Below are positions 26,601 through 38,461 of a stretch of DNA of 64,000 bases, one piece after another. The notes beneath the pieces were generated by a model, which made no database searches, had not been told where the DNA came from, and saw only the letters and a list, made by a program, of their open reading frames with translations. Where the stretch lies: assembly GCF_963921235.1 (NCBI RefSeq), contig NC_086097.1, positions 240,562,001 to 240,626,000 of the forward strand, read 5' to 3'. Each line of letters starts with the position of its first letter. The stretch's first letter is position 1. Position numbers and translations under genes: made by a program. Source of the DNA: Mobula hypostoma. Its lineage: Eukaryota.

Positions 26601-27282
26601 ACACTACCTCACTTTTTTTTAATATATAGTATTCCTGTTTTTTTGCACAATTTTTAATTCTATTCAACATATGTATACTGTAATTGATTTACTTATTTAT
26701 TATCATTTTTTTTCTTCTATATTATGTATTGCATTGAATTGCTGCTGCTAGGTTAACAATTTTCACATCAGATGCTGGTAATCATAAACCTGATTCTGAT
26801 TTGAGATTAGGTCAATCAATGTAAATATAATTAGCAGATTGGAGCTGTGGGTGACGACACAGTCATGGGTATACAGAGAGTAAAGGAGGGGGCCTTAGGA
26901 CACAGCTTGGAGGGGCACCTGTGTTGAGAATCAGAGGAGCAGAGGTGAGTGAGGGAGCCCTCTCTTACCTCCTGACAGTGATCCAACAGGAAGTTCAGGA
27001 TCCAGCTATACAAGGCAGGGTGAAGGTCAAAGTCCCTGAGCTTCTTGTCAAGTCTGGAGGGAATTATGGTGTGGAATGCTGAACTGTAGTCCAAGAACTG
27101 TATTCTCACATAAGCATCCTTCTTCTCTTGATGTATAAGGATGGTATGTAGGGCTGTGGCTATTGTGTCATCCGTCAATCAGTTGTGTCGGTAGGCAAAA
27201 TGTAGGGAATCCAGTTTGGATGGTAACATGCTGCAGGTGTAGTCCTTGACCAGCCTCTCAAAGCATTTGCTTATTATTGAGG
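23677..27282 (-). mobile_element. Rex1/Babar subfamily copy, split by 24453-26800
   Basis: 23677-24452 (TKELVVDYRRNGD) continues at 26801-27282 (FLDYSSAFHTIIP). Confidence 0.75.
24453..26800 (+). mobile_element. Longest Rex1/Babar copy: APE C-terminus, RT and 3' UTR, frameshifted
   Basis: Encodes LGDFN, TLDHCY and GKSDH (APE), then [20 protein letters not shown] and KFADDTT (RT). Tail taaacctgattctgat. Confidence 0.9.
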
Positions 27283-27632
27283 TGAGTGTGTGCCTTCAGG
27301 CTTATGTACCTCCTTCTTGATGGTAACAGTGTAAAGAGGGCATGTCCTGGGTAGTGGGAATACTTAATGATGGATGCCACCTTCCTGAGGCACCACTCGA
27401 AGATTCCTTGGATACTATGGAGGCTGGTAGTCATGATGGACCTACTAATTTTACAAGTCTCTGCAACTATTTCAAACGTGTGCAGGATCTCCCCTCCACC
27501 CCACGCCAGATGGTGATGCAGCCAGTCAGAATTTTCTCTATGGTACATTTGTAGAAGTTTTCGAGTGTTTCAGTTGACAAACCAAATCTCCTCAAACTCC
27601 TAATGAGATATAGCCACTGTCTTGCCTTCTTT

Positions 27633-28480
27633 AAATTTGCTAATTTGCTAATCTGCTAATTAAATTTGCCAAAGACACTACATTGATTGGACTAATCTCA
27701 AAAAATAACAAGGTGGCCTACAGGGAAGAAGTCAAGAAAACAACCTGTCTCTCACTGTCGCAAAAACAAAGGAGCTGGTTGTGGATTACAGGAGAAATGG
27801 AGATGGGCTAACCCCTATTGACATCAATGGATCTGGGGTTGAGAGGGTAAACAGCTTTAACTTCCTTGGCATCCACATCACCGAGGACCTCATGTGGTCT
27901 GTACACACCAGCTGTGCGGTGAAAAAGGCACAACAGCACCTCTTTCTTCTCATACGGTTGAGGAAGTTTGGTATGGGCCCCCAGATCCTAAGAACTTTCT
28001 ACAGGGGCACAGCTGAGAGCATCCTGACTGGCTGCATCGCTTTCTGGTATGGGAACTGTACCTCCCTTAATCACAGGATTCTGCAGAGAGTGGTGCGGAC
28101 AGCCCAGCGCATCTGTAGTTGTGAACTTCCCATGATTCAGGACATTTACAAAGACAGGTGTGAAAAAAGGGCCCGAAGGATCATTGGGGACCCGAGTCAC
28201 CCCAATCACAATCTATTCTAGCTGCTACCATCCAAGAAACAGTACCACAGCATAAAAGCCAGGACCAACAGGCTCCAGGACAGCTTCTTCCACCAGGCCA
28301 TCAGACTGATGAACTCACACTGACGAGTGTATTTCTATGTTACATTAAATGTTCTATTTATTATAAATTACTGTAAATTACTATGATTGCACGTGGCACA
28401 TTTAGAAGGAGACGTAATGTAAGGATACCTCCTCCTCATGTATGTGAAGGATGTAAGAAATAAAGTCAATTCAGTTCAAT
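27633..28480 (+). mobile_element. 5'-truncated Rex1/Babar
   Basis: ORF 27781-28221. Tail aataaagtcaattcagttcaa. Confidence 0.85.
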
Positions 28481-29629
28481 TATAACTGCATCAATGTGTT
28501 GCATCCAGGTTAGATCATTAGAGGTACTGACAGCCAGGAATGTGAAATTGATCCCTCTCTCCACATCTGATCCCTTGGTGAGGACTGGTTTGTGTTCCCT
28601 CAGTTTCCCCTTCCTGAAGTCCACAATCAGCTCTTTTGTCTTGCTGACATTGAGTGCAAGGTTCTTGCTGCAACACCACTCAACTAACTGGTATATCTTG
28701 CTCCTGTGTGCCCTTCATTACCATATGAAATTCTGCCGACAATGGTTATATCATCAAAAATTTATAGATGGCATTTGATCTATGCCTAGCCACACATTCA
28801 TGGGTACAGAGAGAGTAGAGCAGGTGGGGAAGCACACATCCCTGTGGAGTGCCAGTGTTAATTATCAGCAAGGTGGAGAAGTCATTTCCAAGCCACACAG
28901 ATTGTGGTCTTCGCAAGGAAAGATGAGGGTTAACTTGATAGAGATGTGCAAGATGATGATGCATAGTATGATTGAATAGGCAGAGACTTCTTCCCAGTGT
29001 GTAAATGGCCAACACAAGGGGGTGTAATTTTAAGGTGACTGGAGGAAAGTATGGGGAGGGATGTCAGATTTAAGTTTTTTTTTACACAGAGGGTGGTGGG
29101 TGCTAAAACTGCCCTGCCAAGGATGGTGGTAGAGACAGATACATTAGGGGCATTTAAGAAACCTTAAGATAAGCACATGGATAAGAGAAAAATAGAGGGT
29201 TATGTGGATGAGAAGGGTAGATTGATCTTAGAACAATTTAAAAGGTTGGCTCAACATTCTGGGCTGAAGGGCCTGTACTCTGCTATAATATTGTATGTTC
29301 TAAGTTCTAAATCCATGACCCATCATCAAACGTGAGGCCTTGGTTTATATTTGCCGGTATTAAATAGTTTTAGTGAAAAAAACTAAAAAGACAACAACAC
29401 ATAAGCCAAAATGAGCATGGGTTGATAAGATTTTTCAATAGCAAAGTTTCACTCCAGAATATGGAAACATAAATCTTTTTTTAATTAGACATTAATGCAT
29501 CTCCTGTGGTGTTGCTCACAAGCTGAGGGCGAGACCTTGCTGTATGGAAGCAGGACAATTTGAAGGGGAGGCCAACAAAACAAAATCTATCTTCAAAATT
29601 GAATTGAGCGTGTGTAATTTAGGTTAACC

Positions 29630-29830
29630 TGGTTCAGTAGTGGTGAGTCAGTCCCCCAGTCAGAAGGTCATTAGTTCAAGCTCAATTCCAGAACTTGAGG
29701 ATATAATTTAGTCTGACACCTCAGGCAGTGAGAGGACCGCATTCTCAAGACACTACTTTTCGCATGTGATGTTGAATCAGGACCTCTTTTGGTAAATGTA
29801 AAACACTCCAAAATACTATTAGAAAAAATA
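29630..29830 (+). mobile_element. Ancient Deu-domain SINE (SacSINE1/AmnSINE1-like) relic
   Basis: gtcagaaggtcattagttcaagctcaattccagaacttgag...tagtctgacac, then cttttcgcatgtgatgttgaatcagg...gtaaatgtaaaacactcca...tactatt, in the order I recall for DeuSINEs. Confidence 0.6.
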
Positions 29831-30159
29831 ATTGTCATGGGAAACAATTACATCAGCACTCTCAATTCTAGCCCAAAATTGCTTCCACATTTATAACAAT
29901 CCAGTCATATTTCTAGTCTTAACTTTCTAATCTGTGAGTAAACCAGATTAGGTATGATGGTAGAGGCAAATACAGGAGAGGTTTTTAAGAGACATTTGGA
30001 TAGGCATTTGGACATAAGGAGGGTGGAGGGATATGGATGTGAAGTAGGTAGGATTAGTGTTTGGGAGTTTTTGATTTCCTTTTCAGCTGATTCAGAACAA
30101 TATTGTGTGCTGAATGGCCTGATTCTGTTCTGTACTTTTCTAATTCTAATTCTTTGAAG

Positions 30160-31440
30160 AAATAACAAACAGGATAGACAATGGAGAATCGGTCGACATT
30201 GTGCACTTGGATTTTCAGAAGGCCTTTGATAAGGTGCTACACATGAAGTTGCTTAACAAGCTATAAGCCCATGGTATTACAAGAAAGATTCTGGTCTGGA
30301 TAAAGCAGTGGCTGACTGGCAGGAGGCAAAGAGTGGGAATAAAGGGAGCCTTTTCTGGTTGGCTGCTGGTGACTAGTGGTGTTCCACAGGGGTCTGTGCT
30401 GGGATCGATTCCTTTAATGTGGATAAATGTGAAGTTATCCACTTTGGTGGCAAAAACAGGAAAACAGATTATTATCTGAATGGTGTCCGATTAGGAAAAG
30501 GGGAGGTGCAACGAGACCTGGGTGTCATTGTACACCAGTCATTGAAAGTGGGCATGCAGGTACAGCAGGCGGTGAAAAAGGCGAACGGTATGCTGGCATT
30601 TATAGCGAGAGGATTCGAGTACAGGAGCAGGGAGGTACTACTGCAGTTGTACAAGGCCTTGGTGAGACCACACCTGGAGTATTGTGTGCAGTTTTGGTCC
30701 CCTAATCTGAGGAAAGACATCCTTGCCATAGAGGGAGTACAAAGAAGGTTCACCAGATTGATTCCTGGGATGGCAGGACTTTCATATGAAGAAAGACTGG
30801 ATGAACTGGGCTTGTACTCGTTGGAATTTAGAAGATTGAGGGGGGATCTGATTGAAACGTATAAGATCCTAAAGGGATTGGACAGGCTAGATGCAGGAAG
30901 ATTGTTCCCGATGTTGGGGAAGTCCAGAATGAGGGGTCACAGTTTGAGGATAAAGGGGAAGCCTTTTAGGACCGAGATTAGGAAAAACTTCTTCACACAG
31001 AGAGTGGTGAATCTGTGGAATTCTCTGCCACAGCAAACTGTTGAGGCCAGTTCATTGGCTATGTTTAAGAGGGAGTTAGATATGGCCCTTGTGGCTACAG
31101 GGGTCAGGGGGTATGGAGGGAAGGCTGGGGTGGGATTCTGAGTTGGATGATCAGCCATGATCATAATAAATGGCAGTGCAGGCTCGAAGGGCCGAATGGC
31201 CTACTCCTGCACCTATTTTCTATGTTTCTATGTTTCTATGTTTACATCATACTTCAATGATTTAGATGATGGAATTGATGGCTTTGTTGTGAAGTTTGCA
31301 GAGGATATGAAGATAAGTGGAGGGGCAGATAGTTTTGAGGAAGTAGGAGGTTACAGAAGGACATAAATAGATTAGTTGAATGGGCAAAGAAGTGGCAGAT
31401 AGAAAACAGAGTCGAGAAGCGTACAGACATGCATTTTGTT
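30160..31440 (+). mobile_element. Older CR1 split by a young CR1 (about 30414-31241)
   Basis: The inner ORF 30419-31141 (240 aa) is uninterrupted to the native stop and ends in a (tatgtttc)n tail. The host encodes HLDFQKAFDKV and KFAEDMK. Confidence 0.88.
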
Positions 31441-32382
31441 TCATGGCTGTCTGTGGGAAGACAACTCTCAGGGGTGTATATTACAAACATACTTTGATAA
31501 TAAATGCACTTTGAATCTTTGAGTTACATTGAAAGTTTACATTGAAAGATTTCCAGAGCCTTCAGAAGTCTGCATCTGACTTGATAACAAATCCTTTCAA
31601 TCAATGCAGATACAGATAAAGGCTCTGATCTCCTGTGTCACACAGACGATTCATTGAACTACCTGTGTAACTCTAGGTTTAAATTTACCTTTTGAAGCTC
31701 ATTACACTAAAATCACATACCCCAAGTTTATTTGACTGACTGCAAGCATTTCAAAATTCAAAAATACAAAATTCACAAGGTATTTATTATCAAAAGCATC
31801 GATCGCGAGGATAGTCAGAGGCTTTTTTCCCAGGGCTGAAATGGCTAGCACGAGAAGATACAGTTTTAAGGTGCTTGGAAGCAGGTACAGAGGTGATGTC
31901 AGGGGTAAGTTTTTTTACGCAGAGGGTGGTAAGTGCGTGGAATGGGCTGTCGGCGGCAGTGGTGAAGGCGGAAACTATAGGGCCTTTTAAGAGACTCCTA
32001 GATAGGTACATGGAGCTTAGAAAAATAGAGGGCTATGGGTAACCCCAGGTAATTTCTAAGGTAAGGGCATGTTCAGCACAGCTTTGTGGGCCAAAGAGCC
32101 TGTATTGTGCTGTATGTTTTCTATGTTACTATCAAAATATGTATACATTATACAGTCTTGAGATTTGTTTCCTTACAGGCAGCCGCAAAATAAGAAACCC
32201 AAAAGGACCCAGTAAAAAAAGACCATCAAACACCCAATGTACAGGGAGAGAAAAACAAATCGTGCAAACAATGAAGCAAGCAAATAGCATTTAGAATGAA
32301 AGTGAGTCTTCAGGCACAAAGCCCGGAGCAGCCTCACAGCCTCAGTAGGCCTGCAGTCTCAGTTCAGCACATGGTGGAGTAA

Positions 32383-32760
32383 ACATAGAAACATAGAAAC
32401 ATAGAAAATAGGTGCAGGAGTAGGCCATTCGGCCCTTCGAGCCTGCACCGCCATTTATTATGATCATGGCTGATCATCCAACTCAGAACCCCGCCCCAGC
32501 CTTCCCTCCATACCCCCTGACCCCTGTAGCCACAAGGGCCATATCTAACTCCCTCTTAAATATAGCCAATGAACTGGCCTCAACAGTTTGCTGTGGCAGA
32601 GAATTCCACAGATTCACCACTCTCTGTGTGAAGAAGTTTTCCTAATCTCGGTCCTAAAAGGCTTCCCCTCTATCCTCAAACTGTGGCCCCTCGTTCTGGA
32701 CTTCCCCAACATCGGGAACAATCTTCCTGCATCCAGCCTGTCCAATCCCTTTAGGATCTT
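32383..32760 (-). mobile_element. Young CR1 3' end
   Basis: Nearly identical to 30862-31241 in reverse. TSD taaacat at 32380-32386 and 32760-32766. Confidence 0.88.
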
Positions 32761-33182
32761 AAACATCGTGGAGCCCTCAGGCACGAAGCCCAAACAGCCG
32801 AAGTATCACCACAGCTCCACTTCACCAGCTCACCCTCATCTTTGCTTGCCTTTTCATTGTTTGCAGTGATGGTTTACCATAATTTTTCAACAGAATGTGT
32901 TATTAATAAACTATAATTCACTCCATAAGTCACTTATGGAATGCTGAATAAACACAGAAGGGCAGAAATTCTGGTCAGGCACTCGCAGTTAGCATTTGAC
33001 CATAAGAGGATATGACAAAGGGCCATTCGGCCCATCGAGTCTTGTCAGGTCAGGCTCTGGATATCCAACATCTGCAGAAGCTCATATTTATTGTTTAGTG
33101 ATTATTTACTTTCAGAAATATTATTTTTAAAGACAATAATAGTGATACAATTATTTTTGCAGTTGCTTTGATAAGTTTAAAT

Positions 33183-34210
33183 CATCATTATGTGCCATGT
33201 CATATGACATGGGTGAACATGATTTCCATGGTCATGATTGTTCTTGGCAAATTTTTCCACAGAAGTGGTTTGCCATTGCTTTCTTCTGGGCAGTGTCTTT
33301 ACAAGCTGTTATGATTATGATTATGAGGACACGCCGTCCCTTTTTATTGTCATTTAGTAATGCATGCATTAAGAAATGATAAAAATGTTTTTCCAGAATG
33401 ATATCATGAAAGCACATGACAAACCAACTTAAAAACTAACAAAAACCACATAATTATAACATATAGTTACAGCAGTGCAAAGCAAAACCGTAATTTGATA
33501 AAGAACAGACCATGGCACAGTAAAAGTCTCAGAGTGTCTCGAAAGTCCCATCATCTCACGCAGACGGTGAACCTCCAGCGCCGCCAACTTGCCGATGCAG
33601 CATCCTCGAAGCATCTGACCACAGTCCGACTCCGAGTCCGTCCGAAAAACTCCGAGCCTCCGACCAGCTCTCCGACACCAAGCACCAAGCATCGTCTCTG
33701 TCGAGCGTTTCAACCCCGGCCCTGGCAACAGTCGATACCCAAAGCCGAGGATTTGGGGCTTTCGTCTCTGGAGATTCTCGATCGTACAGTAGCAGCGGCT
33801 GTGAAGCAGGCATTTCAGAAGTTACTCCAGATGTTCCTCTGCGCTTCTCATGGCTGTCTCCATCAAATCCGGATTGTGCACGGCCCCTAGTTACACATAT
33901 TGATATTCATTCGGAACGGCCGCGCGCGCTGCGTCGCGCCGCCATCTTCTCCTCGGTCCAATACTCTTCCATTATTAATACTCTTCCGAGATTGTCTGCC
34001 TGGGGTCAGTGGTGGCATAACCAGGACGAGCGATATGCACCAACTCAGCTGCTCATAGAAACCGTCCACCACCTGCTCCCGCGGCTTCACGTGACCCTGA
34101 TCAGGGGGCTAAGCAGGTGCTACACCTTGTGCAAGGCTGAGCTGCAGGTTAGCGGAGGGAAGGAGCATGTTACACCTCCTTTGGTAGAGACATGCCTCCA
34201 CCCCACCACC
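33183..34210 (-). mobile_element. Non-autonomous RTE/BovB-tailed element, split by 33309-33954
   Basis: Tail cagaagtggtttgccattg with catcatta at 33183-33305. The head at 33959-34210 matches 14493-14735. Confidence 0.6.
33309..33954 (-). mobile_element. Non-autonomous element with AAGATGGCG head and Rex1/L2-like tail
   Basis: Collinear with 37331-37988. Both start gaggagaagatggcg and end aataaa...cctcataatc repeats. Confidence 0.7.
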
Positions 34211-34466
34211 CATTTAATTGTATGCATTTGTTTAAATATTTCTAAGTGATTAATCGTCTTCAGCAATATTATTTTTAAAGATGGTCATAGCGTTTAAAAT
34301 AATTTCTTTCAGTTGCTTTAATAAGTCTAATTAGGTTTTACATATCGTTGAAATTCACTGGGGTGATACAGCAGTGTAGCGGTTAGCATAACAGTATTAG
34401 TGCACCAGGACCCGAGTTTATTTCTGCTGCTGTCTGCAAGAAGTTTGAATATCCTCCCTATGAACA

Positions 34467-34687
34467 ACACACATCAAAGTTGCTGGTGAACGCAGCAGGC
34501 CAGGCAGCATCTCTAGGAAGAGGTACAGTCGACGTTTCAGGCCAAGACCCTTGGTCCTGACGAAGGGTCTCGGCCTGAAACGTCGACTGTACCTCTTCCT
34601 AGAGATGCTGCCTGGCCTGCTGCGTTCACCAGCAACTTTGATGTGGGTTGCTTGAATTTCCAGCATCTGCAGAATTCCTGTTGTTAG
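34467..34687 (+). mobile_element. Palindromic mini Penelope-like element
   Basis: Inverted arm 34465-34552 plus forward pLTR 34554-34687. 14-bp TSD cctccctatgaaca at 34453-34466 and 34688-34701. Confidence 0.88.
34554..34587 (+). ncRNA. Minimal type I hammerhead ribozyme motif, core intact
   Basis: gtc (stem I)-CTGACGA-a gggt ctcg gcct (stem II)-GAAA-CGTC-gac (stem I'). Palindromic ACGT stands in for stem III. Predicted cleavage after the GUC at 34582-34584. Confidence 0.78.
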
Positions 34688-34862
34688 CCTCCCTATGAAC
34701 ATGTGGTTTTCAACTGGGTGCTCTGGTCTCTTCCCACATTCCAAAGACATACATATTATTCGGTTGTCTGGAGGTGTGGGCAACATCTTTGCTGGTTCTT
34801 GCAGAGAGAGGCTCAGGAAATTCCCACTTATTGGCCTTTCCCTACCACCCCAATCAATCATA

Positions 34863-35820
34863 AGAACATAGAACATAGACCACGGTGGCACAGTACAGAC
34901 ATTCTGGCCCACAATGTTGTGCCAACCTTTTAACCTATTCTAAGATGCATCTAACCATTCTCTCCAACATATCCCTCCACTTTTGTTTCATCCTTGTGCT
35001 GATCTAAGAGTTTCATGAATGCTTCTAATATGAACTGGGCTTGTACTCGTTGGAATTTAGAAGATTGAGGGGGGATCTGATTGAAACGTATAAGATCCTA
35101 AAGGGATTGGACAGGCTAGATGCGGGAAGATTGTTCCCGATGTTGGGGAGGTCCAGAACAAGGGGTCACAGTTTGAGGATAGAGGGGAAGCCTTTTAGGA
35201 CCGAGATTAGGAAAAACTTCTTCACACAGAGAGTGGTGAATCTGTGGAATTCTCTGCCACAGCAAACTGTTGAGGCCAGTTCATTGGCTATGTTTAAGAG
35301 GGAGTTAGATATGGCCCTTGTGGCTACAGGGGGTCAGGGGGTATGGAGGGAAGGCTGGGTTCTGAGTTGGATGATCAGCCATGATCATAATAAATGGCGG
35401 TGCAGGCTCAAAGGGCCGAATGGCCTACTCCTGCACCTATTTTCTATGTTTCTATGTTTCTATCTAACATTACCACCACCCCTGGCAGGGCATCCCATGC
35501 ACTCACCATTCTCTGTGTAAAAGAGTTACCTCTGATGTCCCGCCTATACTTCCCTCCAATCACTTTAAACTTACACACACTGATATTAGCCATTTGCACA
35601 CTGGGAAAAGGCCTGTATCTGCCCACTTGACCTATGCTTCGTATTATCTTATACACCTTCATCAAGTCACCCCTTATGATCCTTCACTCCAAAGAGAAAA
35701 GCACTAGCTCACTCTACCTTTTCTCATAAAACATGCTCTCTAATCCAGGCAGCATCCAAGTAACTTTCTTTTGCTCCCTCTTTAAATCTTCCACATCCTT
35801 CCGATAAAGAGGCAACCAGG
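34863..35820 (-). mobile_element. CR1 3' fragment split by a young plus-strand CR1 (about 35031-35461)
   Basis: The inner copy is near-identical to 30801-31241. The host has a (tatgttc)n tail at 34863. Confidence 0.82.
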
Positions 35821-36309
35821 AATGCCTCGTATCATCTTCTTTCCAAAGCCATTAGGATATAGTTTTTGTCTGGCCACAGTGAGACAGAAAATAAATAATC
35901 TGAAGCATTCAGAGAATTTGACAGAGTTTTGGTTGGCTGAGCCGGAGAGCTGTAAAAACGTTTTCCAACTGTTTAGTGGTTAGAACTTGTAACATCCTCC
36001 CTCCCTCCTCATCAACATGATCCCATTCTGTCATAGGTGGCCCTGATGACTGTTGGTACCTGCCACAAGGTATTTGTCCCTCTGGTGAATTAGCAGCAGA
36101 TGAATTCAAATCTCCTTTCATCCTCTGTGACAGGATGATTCCTGCTGACTGGAATTCTAGACCAGCGGGTAAATCGTAAGGGGACAGAAACTCTGTCAGC
36201 CGCTGACACTACAGTTACTGTTTAGATTCAGAGCTCAAATGTACTTCTAAAAAAAGTTATACTGACTTGAAATAAACACTTCCATGTAAACTTGTGATGT
36301 TTCTCTGGC

Positions 36310-37205
36310 CTCTAGCCTCCAACTTGATGGCATAAACATTGATTTCTGTAACTTCTTGTAATTTCTTTCCCCTCCCCATTCTCTCTTTTTCAATTCACTA
36401 TTCAGGCTCCCCTCTGGCCCCCTCTCTTCTCCTCACCCACCCATCACCCCCACCTCCCCCTCGCACCCCATCCGTTATTTATTTTTATACACACATTCTT
36501 TCTCTCACTCTCCTTTTTCTCCCTCTGTCCCTCTGACTATACCCCTTGCCCATCCTCTGGGTTCCTCCCCCCTTGTCTTTCTCCTCGGACCTCCTGTCCC
36601 ATGATCCTCTCATATCCCCTTTGCCAATCACCTGTCCAGCTCTTGGCTCCATCCCTCCCCCTCCTGTCTTCTCCTATCATTTTGGATCTCCCCCTCCCCC
36701 TCCCACTTTCAAATCTCTTACTAACTCTTCCTTCAGTTAGTCCTGACGAAGGGTCTCGGCCTGAAACATCGACTGTACCTCCTCCTAGAGATGCTGCCTG
36801 GCCTGCTGCATTCACCAGCAACTTTGATGTGTGTTACCTCTATCTGGTGTCTCTCCTCCTTCCCTTTCGCCCATGGTCCACTCTCCTCTCCTATCAGATT
36901 CCTTCTTCTTTAGTCCTTTCTTTATCTTTTCCACCTATCACCTCTCAGTTTCCCACTTCATCTCCCCTCCCCCACCCACCTACCGGCCCCCTCACCTTCT
37001 TTCACCTATCACCTACCACCTTATGTTCCTTCCCCTCCTCCCCACCTTCTCATTCTGGCTGCTTCCCCCCTCCTTTCTAGTCCTGATAAAGGGTCTCAAC
37101 CTGAAACATCGACTGTTTATTCCTCCCCTGACCTGCTGAGTTCCTCCAGCATTTAGCGTACGTTCCTCTGGATTTCCAGCATCTGCAGAATCTCCCGTGC
37201 TTATG
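36310..37205 (+). mobile_element. Older PLE 3' end with a younger PLE pLTR (about 36450-36835) nested in it
   Basis: Encodes the remnant SLQLDGINIDFCNF. Hammerhead motifs at 36739-36774 (ctgacga...gaaacatc) and 37079-37114 (ctgataa, decayed). Confidence 0.8.
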
Positions 37206-37330
37206 ATATTCAAAACCAACGGGTGAAATGTTTTTGCTTTTCTACCTTGCTATGAAATAGAAAGTTATTGGGTGTCAAAATACCCACACAACTCTTTTCT
37301 CCCCTCTCCCATCAGGCAGAATATGAGAAG

Positions 37331-37988
37331 GATTAGATTAGATTATGAGGACACGCAGACCTATTTATTGTCATTTAGTAATGCATGCATTAAGAAATGA
37401 TACAACGTTCCTCCAGAATGATATCAAGAAACACAAGACAACCAAGACTAAAAAAAACTGACAAAAACCACATAATTATAACATATAGTTACAACAATGC
37501 AAAGCAATACCGTAGTTTGATGAAGAACAGACCATGGGCACGGTAGAAAAAAGTCTCAAAGTCTCTCCAAAGTCCCATCATCTCACGCAGACGGTAGAAG
37601 GAAGAGAAACTCTCTTCCTGCCATGAACTTCCAGTGCCGCAAACTTGCCGATGCAGCACCCTGGAAGCACCCGACCACAGCCAACTCTTGAGTCCGTCCG
37701 GAAACTTCGAGCATCCGACACTGAGCACTGAGCACCATCTCTGTCAAGCACTCCGACCCTGGCCCCGGCAACAGGCAAAGCCGAGGATTTGGGGCCTTCC
37801 CTTCCGGAGATTCTCGATTGCACAAAGAAGGCAGGCAGCGAAGCAGACATTTCAGAACTTTCTCCAAATGTTCCTCCATGCTTCTCACATCTGTCTCCAT
37901 CAAATCAGAATTGTGCACATCCCCTACTTAACAAATATGATATCATTTCGGAACGGCCGCGCACACTGCGTCGCGCCATCTTCTCCTC
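37331..37988 (-). mobile_element. Non-autonomous AAGATGGCG-headed element, second copy
   Basis: Collinear with 33309-33954 and has the same 5' end. Sits inside a CR1 3' fragment that resumes at about 38000. Confidence 0.7.
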
Positions 37989-38461
37989 CCTTCCTCTTCA
38001 GGAATTTCTTCAGCCAGAGAGTGGTGTATCTGTGGAATTCATTACCACAGACGGCTGTGGAGGCTTATCCATTGGGTTAATTTAAAGCAGAGAGTGCTAG
38101 ATCCTTGATTAGTCAGGTTGTTAAAGGTTATGGATGAAGGCAGGAGAATGGAGTTGGGGGGAATAGTAGATCAGCCATGATGGAATAGCAGAGAAAACTG
38201 AATGGCCTAATTCTGCTCCCATGTCTTATGGGCTTAAGATACAAAAGCCTGAAAACATGTACACCAGTTTCAAGGACAATTTCTAGCCGTCTGTTATAAG
38301 ATTATTGGATGTTTATTAATATGACAAGATGGATTCTTTGCTTCAGTACCTACCTCATTATGATCTTGCACCTTATGGTATTGGACTGTTATTGCACTGC
38401 ACTTCTCTGTAACCTTTATTCTGCAATCTGTTATTGTTTTATCCTTTACCTTGTACTACCC

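Larger units (their letters stand above)
23438..28911 (-). mobile_element. Rex1/Babar element (host of further Rex1 insertions)
   Basis: Pieces at 23438-23676, 27283-27632 and 28481-28911 join collinearly. ORF 28746-29015 has TGTPQGCVLP. Confidence 0.7.
23130..29305 (+). mobile_element. CR1 3' portion split by a block of nested Rex1 elements
   Basis: CR1 motifs at 23173-23437 (LVRLHLELC) resume at about 28912 (gatgagggttaacttgatagag) and run to a tatgttc tail. Confidence 0.7.
34360..34760 (+). mobile_element. V-domain (HE1-like) SINE split by a mini-PLE
   Basis: tRNA-like head gtgtagcggttagc. V-domain gggtgctctggtctcttcccacattccaaagac. Confidence 0.75.

Noticed and set aside
35875..35915. 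CACAGTG as a V(D)J recombination signal (also at 38809), considered because of the octamer at 17793
   Set aside because: There is no ACAAAAACC-like nonamer at 12 or 23 bp and no V, D or J coding segment.
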